Program-made: the position numbers and the translations under genes
The notes under the pieces: model-generated
Database searches by the model: none
The model's input: only the letters and a program-made list of their open reading frames with translations
What the model was told of the DNA's origin: nothing
Shown: positions 8,232-16,742 of the stretch, piece after piece
Position numbering within the stretch: the stretch's first letter is position 1
How the letters are laid out: every line of letters begins with the position of its first letter
From: Elainellaceae cyanobacterium
GTDB lineage: Bacteria > Cyanobacteriota > Cyanobacteriia > CAZCXK01
DNA length: 16,870 nucleotides
Assembly (NCBI GenBank): GCA_051117555.1
Contig: JBNPEG010000244.1
Location: 2,340-19,209, forward strand
Direction: 5' to 3'

Positions 8232-8624
8232 ATGAATCCGGATACTCTTACCCAAATGCTCCAAAAGGGATTTCGCGTCACTCTAGGCGCGACGGCTTCC
8301 CTGATTGAAATTTTGCAAAATCCACAACGGCGCGACGAAAACCTGTCTAACCTGGCTGCCGAGCTGTCTGAACTTTCTGAAGAATGGGCAGTCAAAGGTG
8401 AGATGACCGAGCAGGAAGCTCGCAGTTTTGTAGAGAATCTGCTCAGCAATCAGCCAGGTCAATCGGGTCAGGAAACCTCAGATAGCACTCAACCAACGAC
8501 GGTTACGGTTAAACCTACTACCGAACCTGGTGTGCAGTCTGATATCAAAGAGTTGACTGAGCAACTTGCTAATATCCGAAGTGAGCTGGAAAAACTCCGT
8601 GAGCAAGACGGAGGTTCTCAGTAG
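8232..8624 (+). CDS. Conserved cyanobacterial hypothetical protein (helical, phasin-like pattern)
   Basis: QKGFRVTLGA...KGEMTEQEARSFVE and C-terminal coiled coil (IKELTEQLANIRSELEKLR). Confidence 0.75.
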   Translation: MNPDTLTQMLQKGFRVTLGATASLIEILQNPQRRDENLSNLAAELSELSEEWAVKGEMTEQEARSFVENLLSNQPGQSGQETSDSTQPTTVTVKPTTEPGVQSDIKELTEQLANIRSELEKLREQDGGSQ

Positions 8625-9093
8625 AGGCATTCTGGATCGGCTCTCTAAAAAAAGAGTGTAGAGCTACTGTAGGAAAAGTTGGCGTAGCATAGCCCCTTCA
8701 GTTAGAACCTTGGGTTTTCAGGAGCTATCAAAACTTAGGAATGTAGATTTAATCAAGATCCACCATTCTTAATTCTGGCAACCGGGGATCGACGTTGCCA
8801 AGCCCATATAGATGCGTTTTCCCATTTATTTAATTCATAATCTTTAAAAATCTCAAACGGCATGGTTTAGCATAGCATAACCCATGCTATGAGAGGTGAA
8901 TGATTTCAGCTACGCTTTAGCCTCGATGCGACTATAGGTTAGTGCTGAGCGAAACGCTGCGGAGTATTCCGGAGAAACACTCAATAGTGAAGAGGCTTTA
9001 AGCGTTTTAATCTCTTAAAGCATTCTCTGAAGCTAACTAGTCGATTAATGAGGATGCTTTATGTAGCGTACCGATTAGGGTTCGTTCAATTCA

Positions 9094-9315
9094 CTAATCG
9101 TTGTCCCACTCTTCGCGACCGAGAAGATCTCCAATTCGATCCCTCAACAAATAGCTGTTCTTTTCAAGTTCGCACTCGATGTGAGACCATTCTCGCGCCG
9201 GAATATATTTGCAGAGAACGTAAATGGGTTGATTGCGACTCACCACTCCACGTTGAACGAGATGACGAGCTTCGTCTTGTATGAAGTCAATTGAATAGTA
9301 GACTGACTGAACCAT
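9094..9315 (-). CDS. DUF4327 family protein
   Basis: YSIDFIQDEARHLV..GVVSRNQPIYVLCKYIPAREW...LLRDRIGDLLGREEWDND; SD-like GAGGG upstream. Confidence 0.85.
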   Translation of the reverse strand: MVQSVYYSIDFIQDEARHLVQRGVVSRNQPIYVLCKYIPAREWSHIECELEKNSYLLRDRIGDLLGREEWDND

Positions 9316-10002
9316 GATTCACCCTCTGTTGCTGCTAATCGTTTAGGTGTAAGAAATTGCTAACAATGAAACCTAGCTCAAACCCCATTGTTTCTCTGGG
9401 TTTCTTGAATAATCGAGCTAGTGTGTTCAGGTATACTGAATATTTTTCATTTTCGGTCTTACCCATCCCAAATTATATGAACAAATGTTTCGAAAGTCAC
9501 TGACCTTTGACAAATCTTGAGAATGAAATCAGACTAAATGTCGTGTAAGGCCCTAAGGTGGCAGTCACCAGACGAGCTTATGCCGAAACGTTGCTAAAAC
9601 TTAAAAACTGGTTTTCGAAATCTCTACCCGATTGCAGGTGATTACTATCCCTCTAGACTATGCTACCTCACTCCTGGATTAGAGATTGTGATCAGCGGTC
9701 TTTACAGATTTGAGCGAACATGCAGTAAATGTATTTCTAAAATCCAATTCACATTTACACCCCATCTGGGATTGCTGTATAGCAATGTGCGATCGCGTCA
9801 AGTATAGAAACGGTAGTATGGGGCGCGCCGCCTTTGCCATTTCTGTACACGCGGCAATTATGCATGACGGCCCTATGCGCTTAAATTTGTATGTAATCTC
9901 TGCACCGCACGGAGTTTATACACTTCGACGTCCTAACGCGAGAGTGTAAGCTACACTATATTTTTTGTAGTTCACTAAAAAAATTGGAGGTAGAAGTCCG
10001 CT

Positions 10003-10036
10003 AAAAAAACACTCCAACCCGAAGAGGTCTGGAGTG
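10003..10036 (-). terminator. Intrinsic terminator downstream of sigF
   Basis: Minus strand CACTCCAGACCTC-TTCG-GGTTGGAGTG followed by T7. Confidence 0.85.
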
Positions 10037-10136
10037 CTCAATTGAATACATCGCTTATCGGATTGATATCTAATTGATATCTAAAGCGCAAACAAACGCC
10101 ATGAGGATATGGGATAAGGGGGCTAACAGGTGTTGA

Positions 10137-10916
10137 TCACGAATTTGCGTTAGCCATCGACTTCTTCAGAAGCTTAAGTCCTTTTTTCAGCCGGCGAGAT
10201 ACCGTTACTGCACTGATTCCTAATCGTTCGGCAGTTTCTTTTTGAGTCAAATCATATAGAAACACGAACTCTAGCACTTGACGCGTGCGATTTTCGAGTT
10301 GAACTAATGCCTGCTGTAGGCGAATTTGGTCTTCTTGGGCAAGTTGGAAGCTGCGATATCGATTATCAGGAATTAGCTCACCCAATGAAGTAGAGCCATC
10401 GTCCTCATCATTGGACATGGGAGCATCTAAGCTGAGTGGAGAGCGATTGCGATATGCCAGTCTAATTTCGTGCCACTCTGCTAGGGAAATCTCCAACGCA
10501 TTAGCCAGTTCTAAGTCAGTTGGAGTTCGATTGAGGTTGGCGTGTAGTTCGCGGGTCTTGTGGGTTGCTTGCCGCTGTAAAGTCTGCCAACGTCTTGGAA
10601 TTCTGACTGTGCATCCTTTATCTCGCAAATAGTGCTGGATTTCGCCTCGGATGTATGGAATAGCAAACGAGCTAAACGCGTGACCTTTAGCCATATCAAA
10701 TCGCTCGATTGCTCTGATTAGCCCCAAACTGCCTACTTGGAGAAGATCTTCATAATTCTCTGGACATTGATTGATCCAGTGATGAGCTTCCTTCCTGACC
10801 AATCCAAAATTGAGCTGAACTAATCTATTGCGTAATTGAGGAGATGGATTGTCCTGATACTCCCGAAGTAATTCTAAGCTCTCGCTCTTTAGTTCTTGCG
10901 TGACTGTTGTAAGCAT
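10137..10916 (-). CDS. sigF: Group 3 RNA polymerase sigma factor SigF
   Basis: Region 2 (DLLQVGSLGLIRAIERFD, FSSFAIPYIRGEIQHYLRDK), region 3 (SLDAP), region 4 HTH (LTQKETAERLGISAVTVSR). Lies downstream of psbO, as commonly seen in cyanobacteria. Confidence 0.9.
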   Translation of the reverse strand: MLTTVTQELKSESLELLREYQDNPSPQLRNRLVQLNFGLVRKEAHHWINQCPENYEDLLQVGSLGLIRAIERFDMAKGHAFSSFAIPYIRGEIQHYLRDKGCTVRIPRRWQTLQRQATHKTRELHANLNRTPTDLELANALEISLAEWHEIRLAYRNRSPLSLDAPMSNDEDDGSTSLGELIPDNRYRSFQLAQEDQIRLQQALVQLENRTRQVLEFVFLYDLTQKETAERLGISAVTVSRRLKKGLKLLKKSMANANS

Positions 10917-11547
10917 AACGATTTCAGGCGGTAGAAGACTTATCCTACATGGATTTAAGGTGTTTTGGTATCAAGCGACCTCATGTTGCAGCGCCGCGAT
11001 TTATTGGGTCAATAGCCTGCAATCCTTTTTTTAATAAAGAATTAGGAGCTAACTCAATCTGAGAATGCTCTCTCAGCGCAGGGACATTGTGAGATTCGAT
11101 CGTGGGCATCTGATCAACTTTTCTGTTTCGCATGTCAAATCTATTCGTTTTACCAGAACAGCAACAACTGCATTTTTACGGAAACTAATCGATCCAAAAT
11201 TAAGCATGTCCCCACCAAATAATTCTTATATTTGGGGATCGGGATCAAGATCAGATTTGGTTCGCAGTGTCCAAATTAGCTTGACTTGCTTAATGTTTAG
11301 GGCAGGATTTGGAATCGTCTAACGCCTAGCAGGCAGTCGATTAGGGGTGAATATGAGAGATTGTACCGGCGATACGATTTCAATAGTCTCCTCGATAAAG
11401 ATTTACACAGCTTTATACAAAAGAACGTAAAGATTCTGCAAATTTATGGTCGGATAATGATTGCAGCATAAATTTTTAATTTTCCAAGTAAATTTGCTTA
11501 GGCATGGCAATTTATTACCGTCAAAGTCTCTGGATATGAGCATGACA

Positions 11548-11743
11548 TGCCGTGCTCCTGCAAACCTGATGATTTGGCAGTTCTACTTTTTGTTGCCTTA
11601 GCGACTAAAGTTCTCTTGACAGAGACGCTTTCCTTCGGAACGCTACGCGAACACGTTATATGTCGCTTGCGAAACGCAGGCTACACGGACAAAACCTACT
11701 TCCGCAGGTTACAAAACCAACGGGTTTGCTGGAGTCCACGGCA
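11548..11743. repeat. Fold-back / MITE-like composite of cyanobacterial short dispersed repeats
   Basis: Imperfect terminal IR TGCCGTGCTCCTGCAAACCTG (11548-11568) vs CGGGTTTGCTGGAGTCCACGGCA (11721-11743). Internal motifs GGCTACACGGACAAAACC and ACGCTACGCGAAC resemble cyanobacterial dispersed repeats. Confidence 0.6.
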
Positions 11744-11771
11744 AAGAAAAAGGAGGTCATAAAACCTCCTT
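11743..11771 (-). terminator. Intrinsic terminator downstream of psbO
   Basis: Minus strand AAGGAGGT-tttatg-ACCTCCTT followed by TTTCTTT. Confidence 0.75.
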
Positions 11772-11986
11772 CACGAACTATGAGAACTTAGGCCGATATA
11801 GCGATTCTTCTTAGAATCTGAACAGAATGAAGTGTAGAGGTGAAACTGTGGCACGGGAAAAAGTATCCCCGTCTCCCCTATTCACAGACAATTTACAAGC
11901 GATTTAGGATCGCTATATAAACACGCTGTATGCAATACCAGCTCTAAGTAAAACCGAATGATTTGATGCAGAGGAGTCGGAATCAT

Positions 11987-12820
11987 TTATGCGTTTGCCG
12001 GTTCAATGCGGGCATAAAATAATCCTTGAATTTTAATATCGGCTGGCTCGTCTGACCCCATATCGGTATCGGAAGGTTGGATGCTCTCAAATGTGCCTGC
12101 AATTTCACCTGTAATACTGTCGACTTTAGCGACTTGCAGGGAAATCTTGCCATCGCCGACATCAAATTGCTTGACATTCTCTTTGCGCAGTTCTTCTCGA
12201 TCTGCCTGGGCATAGAGACCTACGGCGCTGTCATATCCTGCGGCTAGTCCACGACCTTTGGGGTCTAGAAAGTTTGAAGTTCGATAGGACGGAACTTTGA
12301 AATCTCCTTCAAAGTCGGTTGAAGTATTGATGCCATCTAATCCAGGCTGGGTTTGTGCAATCAGACCTTTAACGGTAAATAAAAATGGAGCTTGTTCGCC
12401 ACCGGGCAGTTGAACTGTAATGGGTTGGAAGTCAAAGCCATATTCTTCTTCAAAGCGAAAACTACCGTCTGGATTCGCTTTGAGTGTTCCCGCAACCTGA
12501 TCGAGACTTGTCGTCTTCCGGGTTAGAGACTTTGCAGGAACAAATTCTGCCTCTTGGCGCTTATTGATTGGTTCTTCTTTAACGAAATAAGCTGTTGGCT
12601 CTAAGCAGAAATCTCGTATGACATAAGACTTATCTGAATCGAGCTTAATGGCCCCCCGGCGAGTTTCTGCCAATTGGGGACATGTGTTGGCTAAGCCCGA
12701 TCCCTTGATTTGATCGTATGTTAGGGGACCACCACTTGCAACAGCCGGACCCTCACTACAAGCAGTCAGCAACCCCAAGCAAATTGCCAGGAATGCAACG
12801 ACTAGTGCGCGATACCTCAT
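11987..12820 (-). CDS. psbO: Photosystem II manganese-stabilizing protein PsbO
   Basis: LTYDQIKGSGLANTCP, DFQPITVQLPGGE..PFLFTVK, VPSYRTSNFLDPKGRG..GYDSAV, GEIAGTFESIQPSDTDMG. ATG at 12820 with SD GAGGT. Confidence 0.98.
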   Translation of the reverse strand: MRYRALVVAFLAICLGLLTACSEGPAVASGGPLTYDQIKGSGLANTCPQLAETRRGAIKLDSDKSYVIRDFCLEPTAYFVKEEPINKRQEAEFVPAKSLTRKTTSLDQVAGTLKANPDGSFRFEEEYGFDFQPITVQLPGGEQAPFLFTVKGLIAQTQPGLDGINTSTDFEGDFKVPSYRTSNFLDPKGRGLAAGYDSAVGLYAQADREELRKENVKQFDVGDGKISLQVAKVDSITGEIAGTFESIQPSDTDMGSDEPADIKIQGLFYARIEPANA

Positions 12821-13195
12821 GATCAACCTCAGTAATCAGTATAAAAACTCCACCAGTATGATTCTCAAACAATGAAATCTGGCGGTTTGCACAACAAAAA
12901 AGGATAACTTCCAATCGTGTTTAGATTTAGACCGTTCAATCGAAGTTCAAGACGCAAATTACTGCGTATTTATAGATTGTTTAAGACATCTCAACAATCC
13001 ATCAAACCGTTATGGGTTAGTCACATCTTCCTGAACGTCTAACTCAATCTAGATTGGATTTCTTAAAGTTCTATATAGAATTCTACAAGACCATGCGACC
13101 ATTATTTTGCATAGCCGGAACTAGCAATTGAATTGCGGGAATCAGAGAATGATGAAAGGTTGGTTGTTATTTTGACTTAATAGGTAAGGGGCAGC

Positions 13196-13555
13196 ATGAG
13201 CGATAAAATTGAATGCCGACTTGGAACACAGGAAGATCTAGAGGCGATCGCCACCGTGGTTCAGTCTCTAGCTCATCGCTATCAGGGAGATGCCATATCA
13301 CTCTTAGCACTGCTTCGTCTTTTGGAAACGCTCCACCGCACTATTAGAGATGAGTTATTTCAAGTTTCGTTGCCGAACAACCGCCAGAATCTCTATAGCC
13401 TGCTTAAAGATATTGAAGCAGAAGGAGGATGGCCCTACATACCGCGCATGCGGCTAAGAGCATTACTCAGCAATTTATTGGTAGAACAGCCTGAGGAAAA
13501 TGGTTCGAATCCAACGTCGTCTGAGAGTCATCCAGATAGTGATGATTCTCATTGA
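13196..13555 (+). CDS. Conserved cyanobacterial hypothetical protein
   Basis: Helical LLALLRLLETLHRTIRDELFQ..LP.NRQ.LY.LLKDIEAEGGWPYIPRMRL motif; SD-like AAGGGG upstream. Confidence 0.8.
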   Translation: MSDKIECRLGTQEDLEAIATVVQSLAHRYQGDAISLLALLRLLETLHRTIRDELFQVSLPNNRQNLYSLLKDIEAEGGWPYIPRMRLRALLSNLLVEQPEENGSNPTSSESHPDSDDSH

Positions 13556-13709
13556 TAACCGCGACCCAGATAACCGCGACCAAATTTCTTAGAGGGTAGG
13601 CAGAGTCGGGTCGTGATTGGAAGAGGATTATGCATCTTGTGCCTTAGCCTGAAATGTAGCGGTGTGAATTCGGTAGAATCAAGGAGATAAACTCACGTAA
13701 GGGAGTCCT

Positions 13710-14318
13710 ATGATTCCAACCGTCATTGAACAATCGGGTCGCGGTGAACGAGCATTTGATATCTACTCTCGCCTTCTACGAGAGCGGATTGTGTTTCTGG
13801 GGCAGCAGGTTGATTCAGACCTGGCCAATCTAATCGTGGCTCAAATGCTGTTTCTCGAAGCTGAAGACCCGGAGAAAGACATTTATCTGTATATCAACTC
13901 CCCAGGGGGGTCGGTTATGGCGGGATTAGGAATTTTTGACACCATTAACCATATTCGCCCTGATGTGTGCACCATTTGCTTGGGTCTAGCGGCCAGCATG
14001 GGGGCATTTTTGCTCAGTGCAGGCACTAAAGGTAAGCGGATGAGCCTGCCACATTCTCGGATTATGATTCACCAACCGTTAGGGGGTGCTCAGGGGCAGG
14101 CCGCAGATATTGAAATTCAGGCGAAGGAGATTCTCTATCACAAACAGCGCTTGAATGAATGGCTGGCAGAGCATACAGGCCAACCTATTGAACGTATTCA
14201 AGAAGACACCGAACGCGACTTCTTCATGTCAGCAGAAGAAGCCAAGGATTATGGCCTGATTGACCAGGTGATTAGTAAGCAATCGGTGGGCAACCGTCCA
14301 TCCCCAGTGGAAGCTTAA
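13710..14318 (+). CDS. clpP: ATP-dependent Clp protease proteolytic subunit (ClpP1-type)
   Basis: [32 protein letters not shown]; catalytic Ser (AASMGA), His (IMIHQP) and Asp (ERD); SD GGGAG. Confidence 0.98.
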   Translation: MIPTVIEQSGRGERAFDIYSRLLRERIVFLGQQVDSDLANLIVAQMLFLEAEDPEKDIYLYINSPGGSVMAGLGIFDTINHIRPDVCTICLGLAASMGAFLLSAGTKGKRMSLPHSRIMIHQPLGGAQGQAADIEIQAKEILYHKQRLNEWLAEHTGQPIERIQEDTERDFFMSAEEAKDYGLIDQVISKQSVGNRPSPVEA

Positions 14319-14329
14319 GATGACGTTGG

Positions 14330-14355
14330 AGATGCCTCGAACATGAGAGGCATCT
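14330..14355 (+). terminator. Stem-loop just downstream of clpP (terminator or 3' stability element)
   Basis: Perfect 9-bp stem AGATGCCTC / GAGGCATCT. U-tail is weak. Confidence 0.55.
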
Positions 14356-14498
14356 AATTCGAGGGCCGGGTTAAGCTACAAACCTAAGCCCGTAGGGCCA
14401 TACCTGGGGGATGGAGTGAGACTATTTTGGCTGAGCCTGACCGTTTAGGTGATGATTAGGGGCTGGTGCGAGAATCCTCAGCCCGCCAAGGGGCCAAT

Positions 14499-15365
14499 TT
14501 ACTCGATTTGAGACGGTTCGCTGGGTGACGGCTGAGCCTCAAGAAATTCTAGAAAATCGAGTAATTCGGTGTCGCTTAGCTGCTGGCGCGATCGCTTGCC
14601 ATAGGCTTTTTGTAGGTGCTGACGCCCTTGAACCTCGTTCCAGCCTAATCGTTTAAGTTCTACACTTGTTTTGGCGATCGCATCAGAGAGATCGATTCGT
14701 TTGATTACATCTGTTGACGAGTCTTGTTGAACCGTACTTGATACGTCTGCTTCGTTGGAGACGGCTTTGCGCTTTGATTTTTTATTCGCCTTAGGCGCGG
14801 TTGATTCAGCCTCAGCCCCATCAGGAATCGGAGGGATTGGGGCAGATTGTTGTTCAGGTTGGGGGGGGTCTACAGCTTGACTTGCAGATGAAGAAATAGG
14901 CGGAGAAGTATCCGAAGTATCCGAAATGTCAGGTTCTATGGGCGATCGCTCAACTGAAGAACGCCCAAACTGATAAAACGGAGTCGTTTTTGCCGCCGTG
15001 AATGCGTCGGAGTTTGAGCCTGACGAAACCTGAGTAGGCGGTATGGAAGAGGGATTAGACGAACCGCCACGCATCGAATTTTCAATCAATGGCCGGGATT
15101 GCAGCGCTGAAGAGTCGAGAGACATGTTCGGCAATTGAGACATGGGTGACGGTGATATCCCCAGCGCTTCCAATGCCCGAGCTTTCGCTCTATCTTCTGC
15201 CAATTCAATATCAGATGCTGCGGCTAGCCCGCTGGCTAGTGAGACTCCGCCAATTTGAACCAGTGCTCGAACGACATACTGCTCTCCATGAATAGCAACG
15301 AATTCAGAAATTAGACCTCCCATCGGATAGCGAGCCTGAAATTGAGCCAGTAACGGTTTGAGCAT
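14499..15365 (-). CDS. Conserved cyanobacterial hypothetical protein (globular N-domain, S/P-rich linker, small helical C-domain)
   Basis: ATG at 15365 (MLKPLLAQFQARYP...AEDRAKARALEALGI); C-terminal ELKRLGW...YGKRSRQQLSDTELLDFL. The upstream TTG extension to 15485 looks non-coding. Confidence 0.8.
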   Translation of the reverse strand: MLKPLLAQFQARYPMGGLISEFVAIHGEQYVVRALVQIGGVSLASGLAAASDIELAEDRAKARALEALGISPSPMSQLPNMSLDSSALQSRPLIENSMRGGSSNPSSIPPTQVSSGSNSDAFTAAKTTPFYQFGRSSVERSPIEPDISDTSDTSPPISSSASQAVDPPQPEQQSAPIPPIPDGAEAESTAPKANKKSKRKAVSNEADVSSTVQQDSSTDVIKRIDLSDAIAKTSVELKRLGWNEVQGRQHLQKAYGKRSRQQLSDTELLDFLEFLEAQPSPSEPSQIE

Positions 15366-15926
15366 GGTATTTGGGGTAAACGATGGAGGCGATCGCCTCG
15401 GGTCATCACGACGGTCAAAATCGTTAGACGACTCCGAGATAAATCTCCGTGTTTGACCGATATTGGAATGCGATGAATCCATCAAAATTAGATAATCAAT
15501 AACATTTTTGAACCCCGCGATGTATGAGGATTCATATTTACTAGATTTATTTTAAGACCGAGAACGAGGGAGTCGTCACTAAGGCTTTCACGCGGGATGT
15601 TCCCCTGCATCTAAATTCTCATTGCCTCCTTATTAAGATTAAGTAGAGTTAAGCTAAATTAAGGAAACTCTATTAAGGAAACAATTTTTTACGGGTCGTC
15701 TCGCTCTCAGATCGTCGTGTCTCGATTAGCGTCAGCCGGATAGCTAAGGACATAGCTCCTCCTAAACCCCAAAGGCTAGGGCGGCTGAGCAAGTGACTGC
15801 GCAGGATGTGACGATCGCGATGCGTGTGACAGTAATGCTGAGCTGATGATGGCCACTCATTTTACCTGAGCGCTATTTTCTTCCCCTAATGCTCAGGTAT
15901 TCTAAGCACAGATAGTCTTAAGGAAC

Positions 15927-16730
15927 GTGATGTTAGATCAACTGCTGGACTTTTCATCCAATGTTGGCGTCGATGCTCTGCTGTTGTTGCCGGTGCTAAT
16001 TGCACTTGAAGTTGTGCTGTCGGCTGATAATGCGATCGCCCTCGCCGCGATTGCGCAAGGATTAGACAGTGCCAAGATGCAACGTAGTGCCCTCAACATT
16101 GGGCTAGTCGCAGCATTCTCACTGCGAGTCATTTTAATTTTGACCGCTACATGGGTGATTCGGTTCTGGCAGTTTGAGCTTCTTGGCGCAGTCTACCTGC
16201 TCTGGCTCGTCTTTCAATATTTCATGTCAGACGAAGACAGTAAAAATCACCACCATCACGGGCCTCGGTTTTCTTCTGTCTGGCAAGCAATTCCGATGAT
16301 TGCGGTGACCGATCTCGCCTTTTCACTGGATAGCGTCACAACGGCGATCGCCATTTCTCAAGAAACCTGGCTTGTTTTGACAGGCGGCATGATCGGTGTG
16401 ATCACACTCCGGTTTATGGCAGGGTTATTTATTCGGTGGCTTGATGAATATGTCTATCTCGAAGATGCAGGGTTTGTGACAGTCGGACTGGTGGGCCTGC
16501 GGTTGCTGCTGCGTGTCATTAATCCAGAGTTCGTGCCTCCAGAATGGCTCATGATTAGCCTGATTGCGGCATTGTTTATCTGGGGATTCTCAAAACGAAC
16601 TGATTCTGAATCGGTAACTGCCTCTACAGTTGAATTAAACTCTACTCTAGATGATTCTGTCGTTGCCGATGCTGAGGTATCCTCTTCTAAACGGGAGACT
16701 CAAGAGGCACAAGAACTTTCGGTCGATTAG
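15927..16730 (+). CDS. TerC family membrane protein
   Basis: LEVVLSADNAIALA, GAVYLLWL, DLAFSLDSVTTAIA; His-rich loop HHHH. Start may be ATG 15930. Confidence 0.93.
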   Translation: MMLDQLLDFSSNVGVDALLLLPVLIALEVVLSADNAIALAAIAQGLDSAKMQRSALNIGLVAAFSLRVILILTATWVIRFWQFELLGAVYLLWLVFQYFMSDEDSKNHHHHGPRFSSVWQAIPMIAVTDLAFSLDSVTTAIAISQETWLVLTGGMIGVITLRFMAGLFIRWLDEYVYLEDAGFVTVGLVGLRLLLRVINPEFVPPEWLMISLIAALFIWGFSKRTDSESVTASTVELNSTLDDSVVADAEVSSSKRETQEAQELSVD

Positions 16731-16742
16731 ATACTTTCTCTA

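Larger units (their letters stand above)
73..16351. repeat. HIP1 octamer (GCGATCGC) dispersed across the window
   Basis: About 18 copies counted by eye (near 73, 1036, 1927, 2738, 4197, 5767, 5896, 6023, 7032, 7725, 9789, 13244, 14588, 14674, 14942, 15389, 16033, 16344). Cyanobacterial hallmark. Confidence 0.95.

Noticed and set aside
11548..11743. 6S RNA or retron msr-msd interpretation of the fold-back element
   Set aside because: No cyanobacterial 6S sequence motifs that I recognise and no purK context. No reverse transcriptase nearby.
9710..11762. Intergenic ORFs 9710-9949, 11065-11322 and 11547-11762
   Set aside because: No recognisable homology or RBS and atypical composition. The last one spans the fold-back repeat.
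11049..13050. Identical 12-mer CTAACTCAATCT upstream of both sigF (11049) and psbO (13039)
   Set aside because: Several chance 12-mer matches are expected in 17 kb, and there is no further support.
13478..13515. tRNA-like motifs TGGTAGAACA ... GGTTCGAATCC
   Set aside because: Only 13 nt lie between the D-like and T-like motifs (no room for an anticodon arm), there is no acceptor stem, and it sits inside a CDS.
15690..15926. yybP-ykoY (Mn) riboswitch expected upstream of a TerC gene
   Set aside because: The GGGGAGUA and CGUC...AC...GAGACC hallmarks could not be found by eye. An Rfam scan would settle it.
542..16132. Short ORFs overlapping or antisense to real genes (e.g. 542-733, 703-942, 1154-1453, 3841-4152, 4514-4870, 8186-8449, 9048-9284, 15089-15295, 15938-16132)
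   Set aside because: Shadow frames of well-supported genes with no recognisable motifs.
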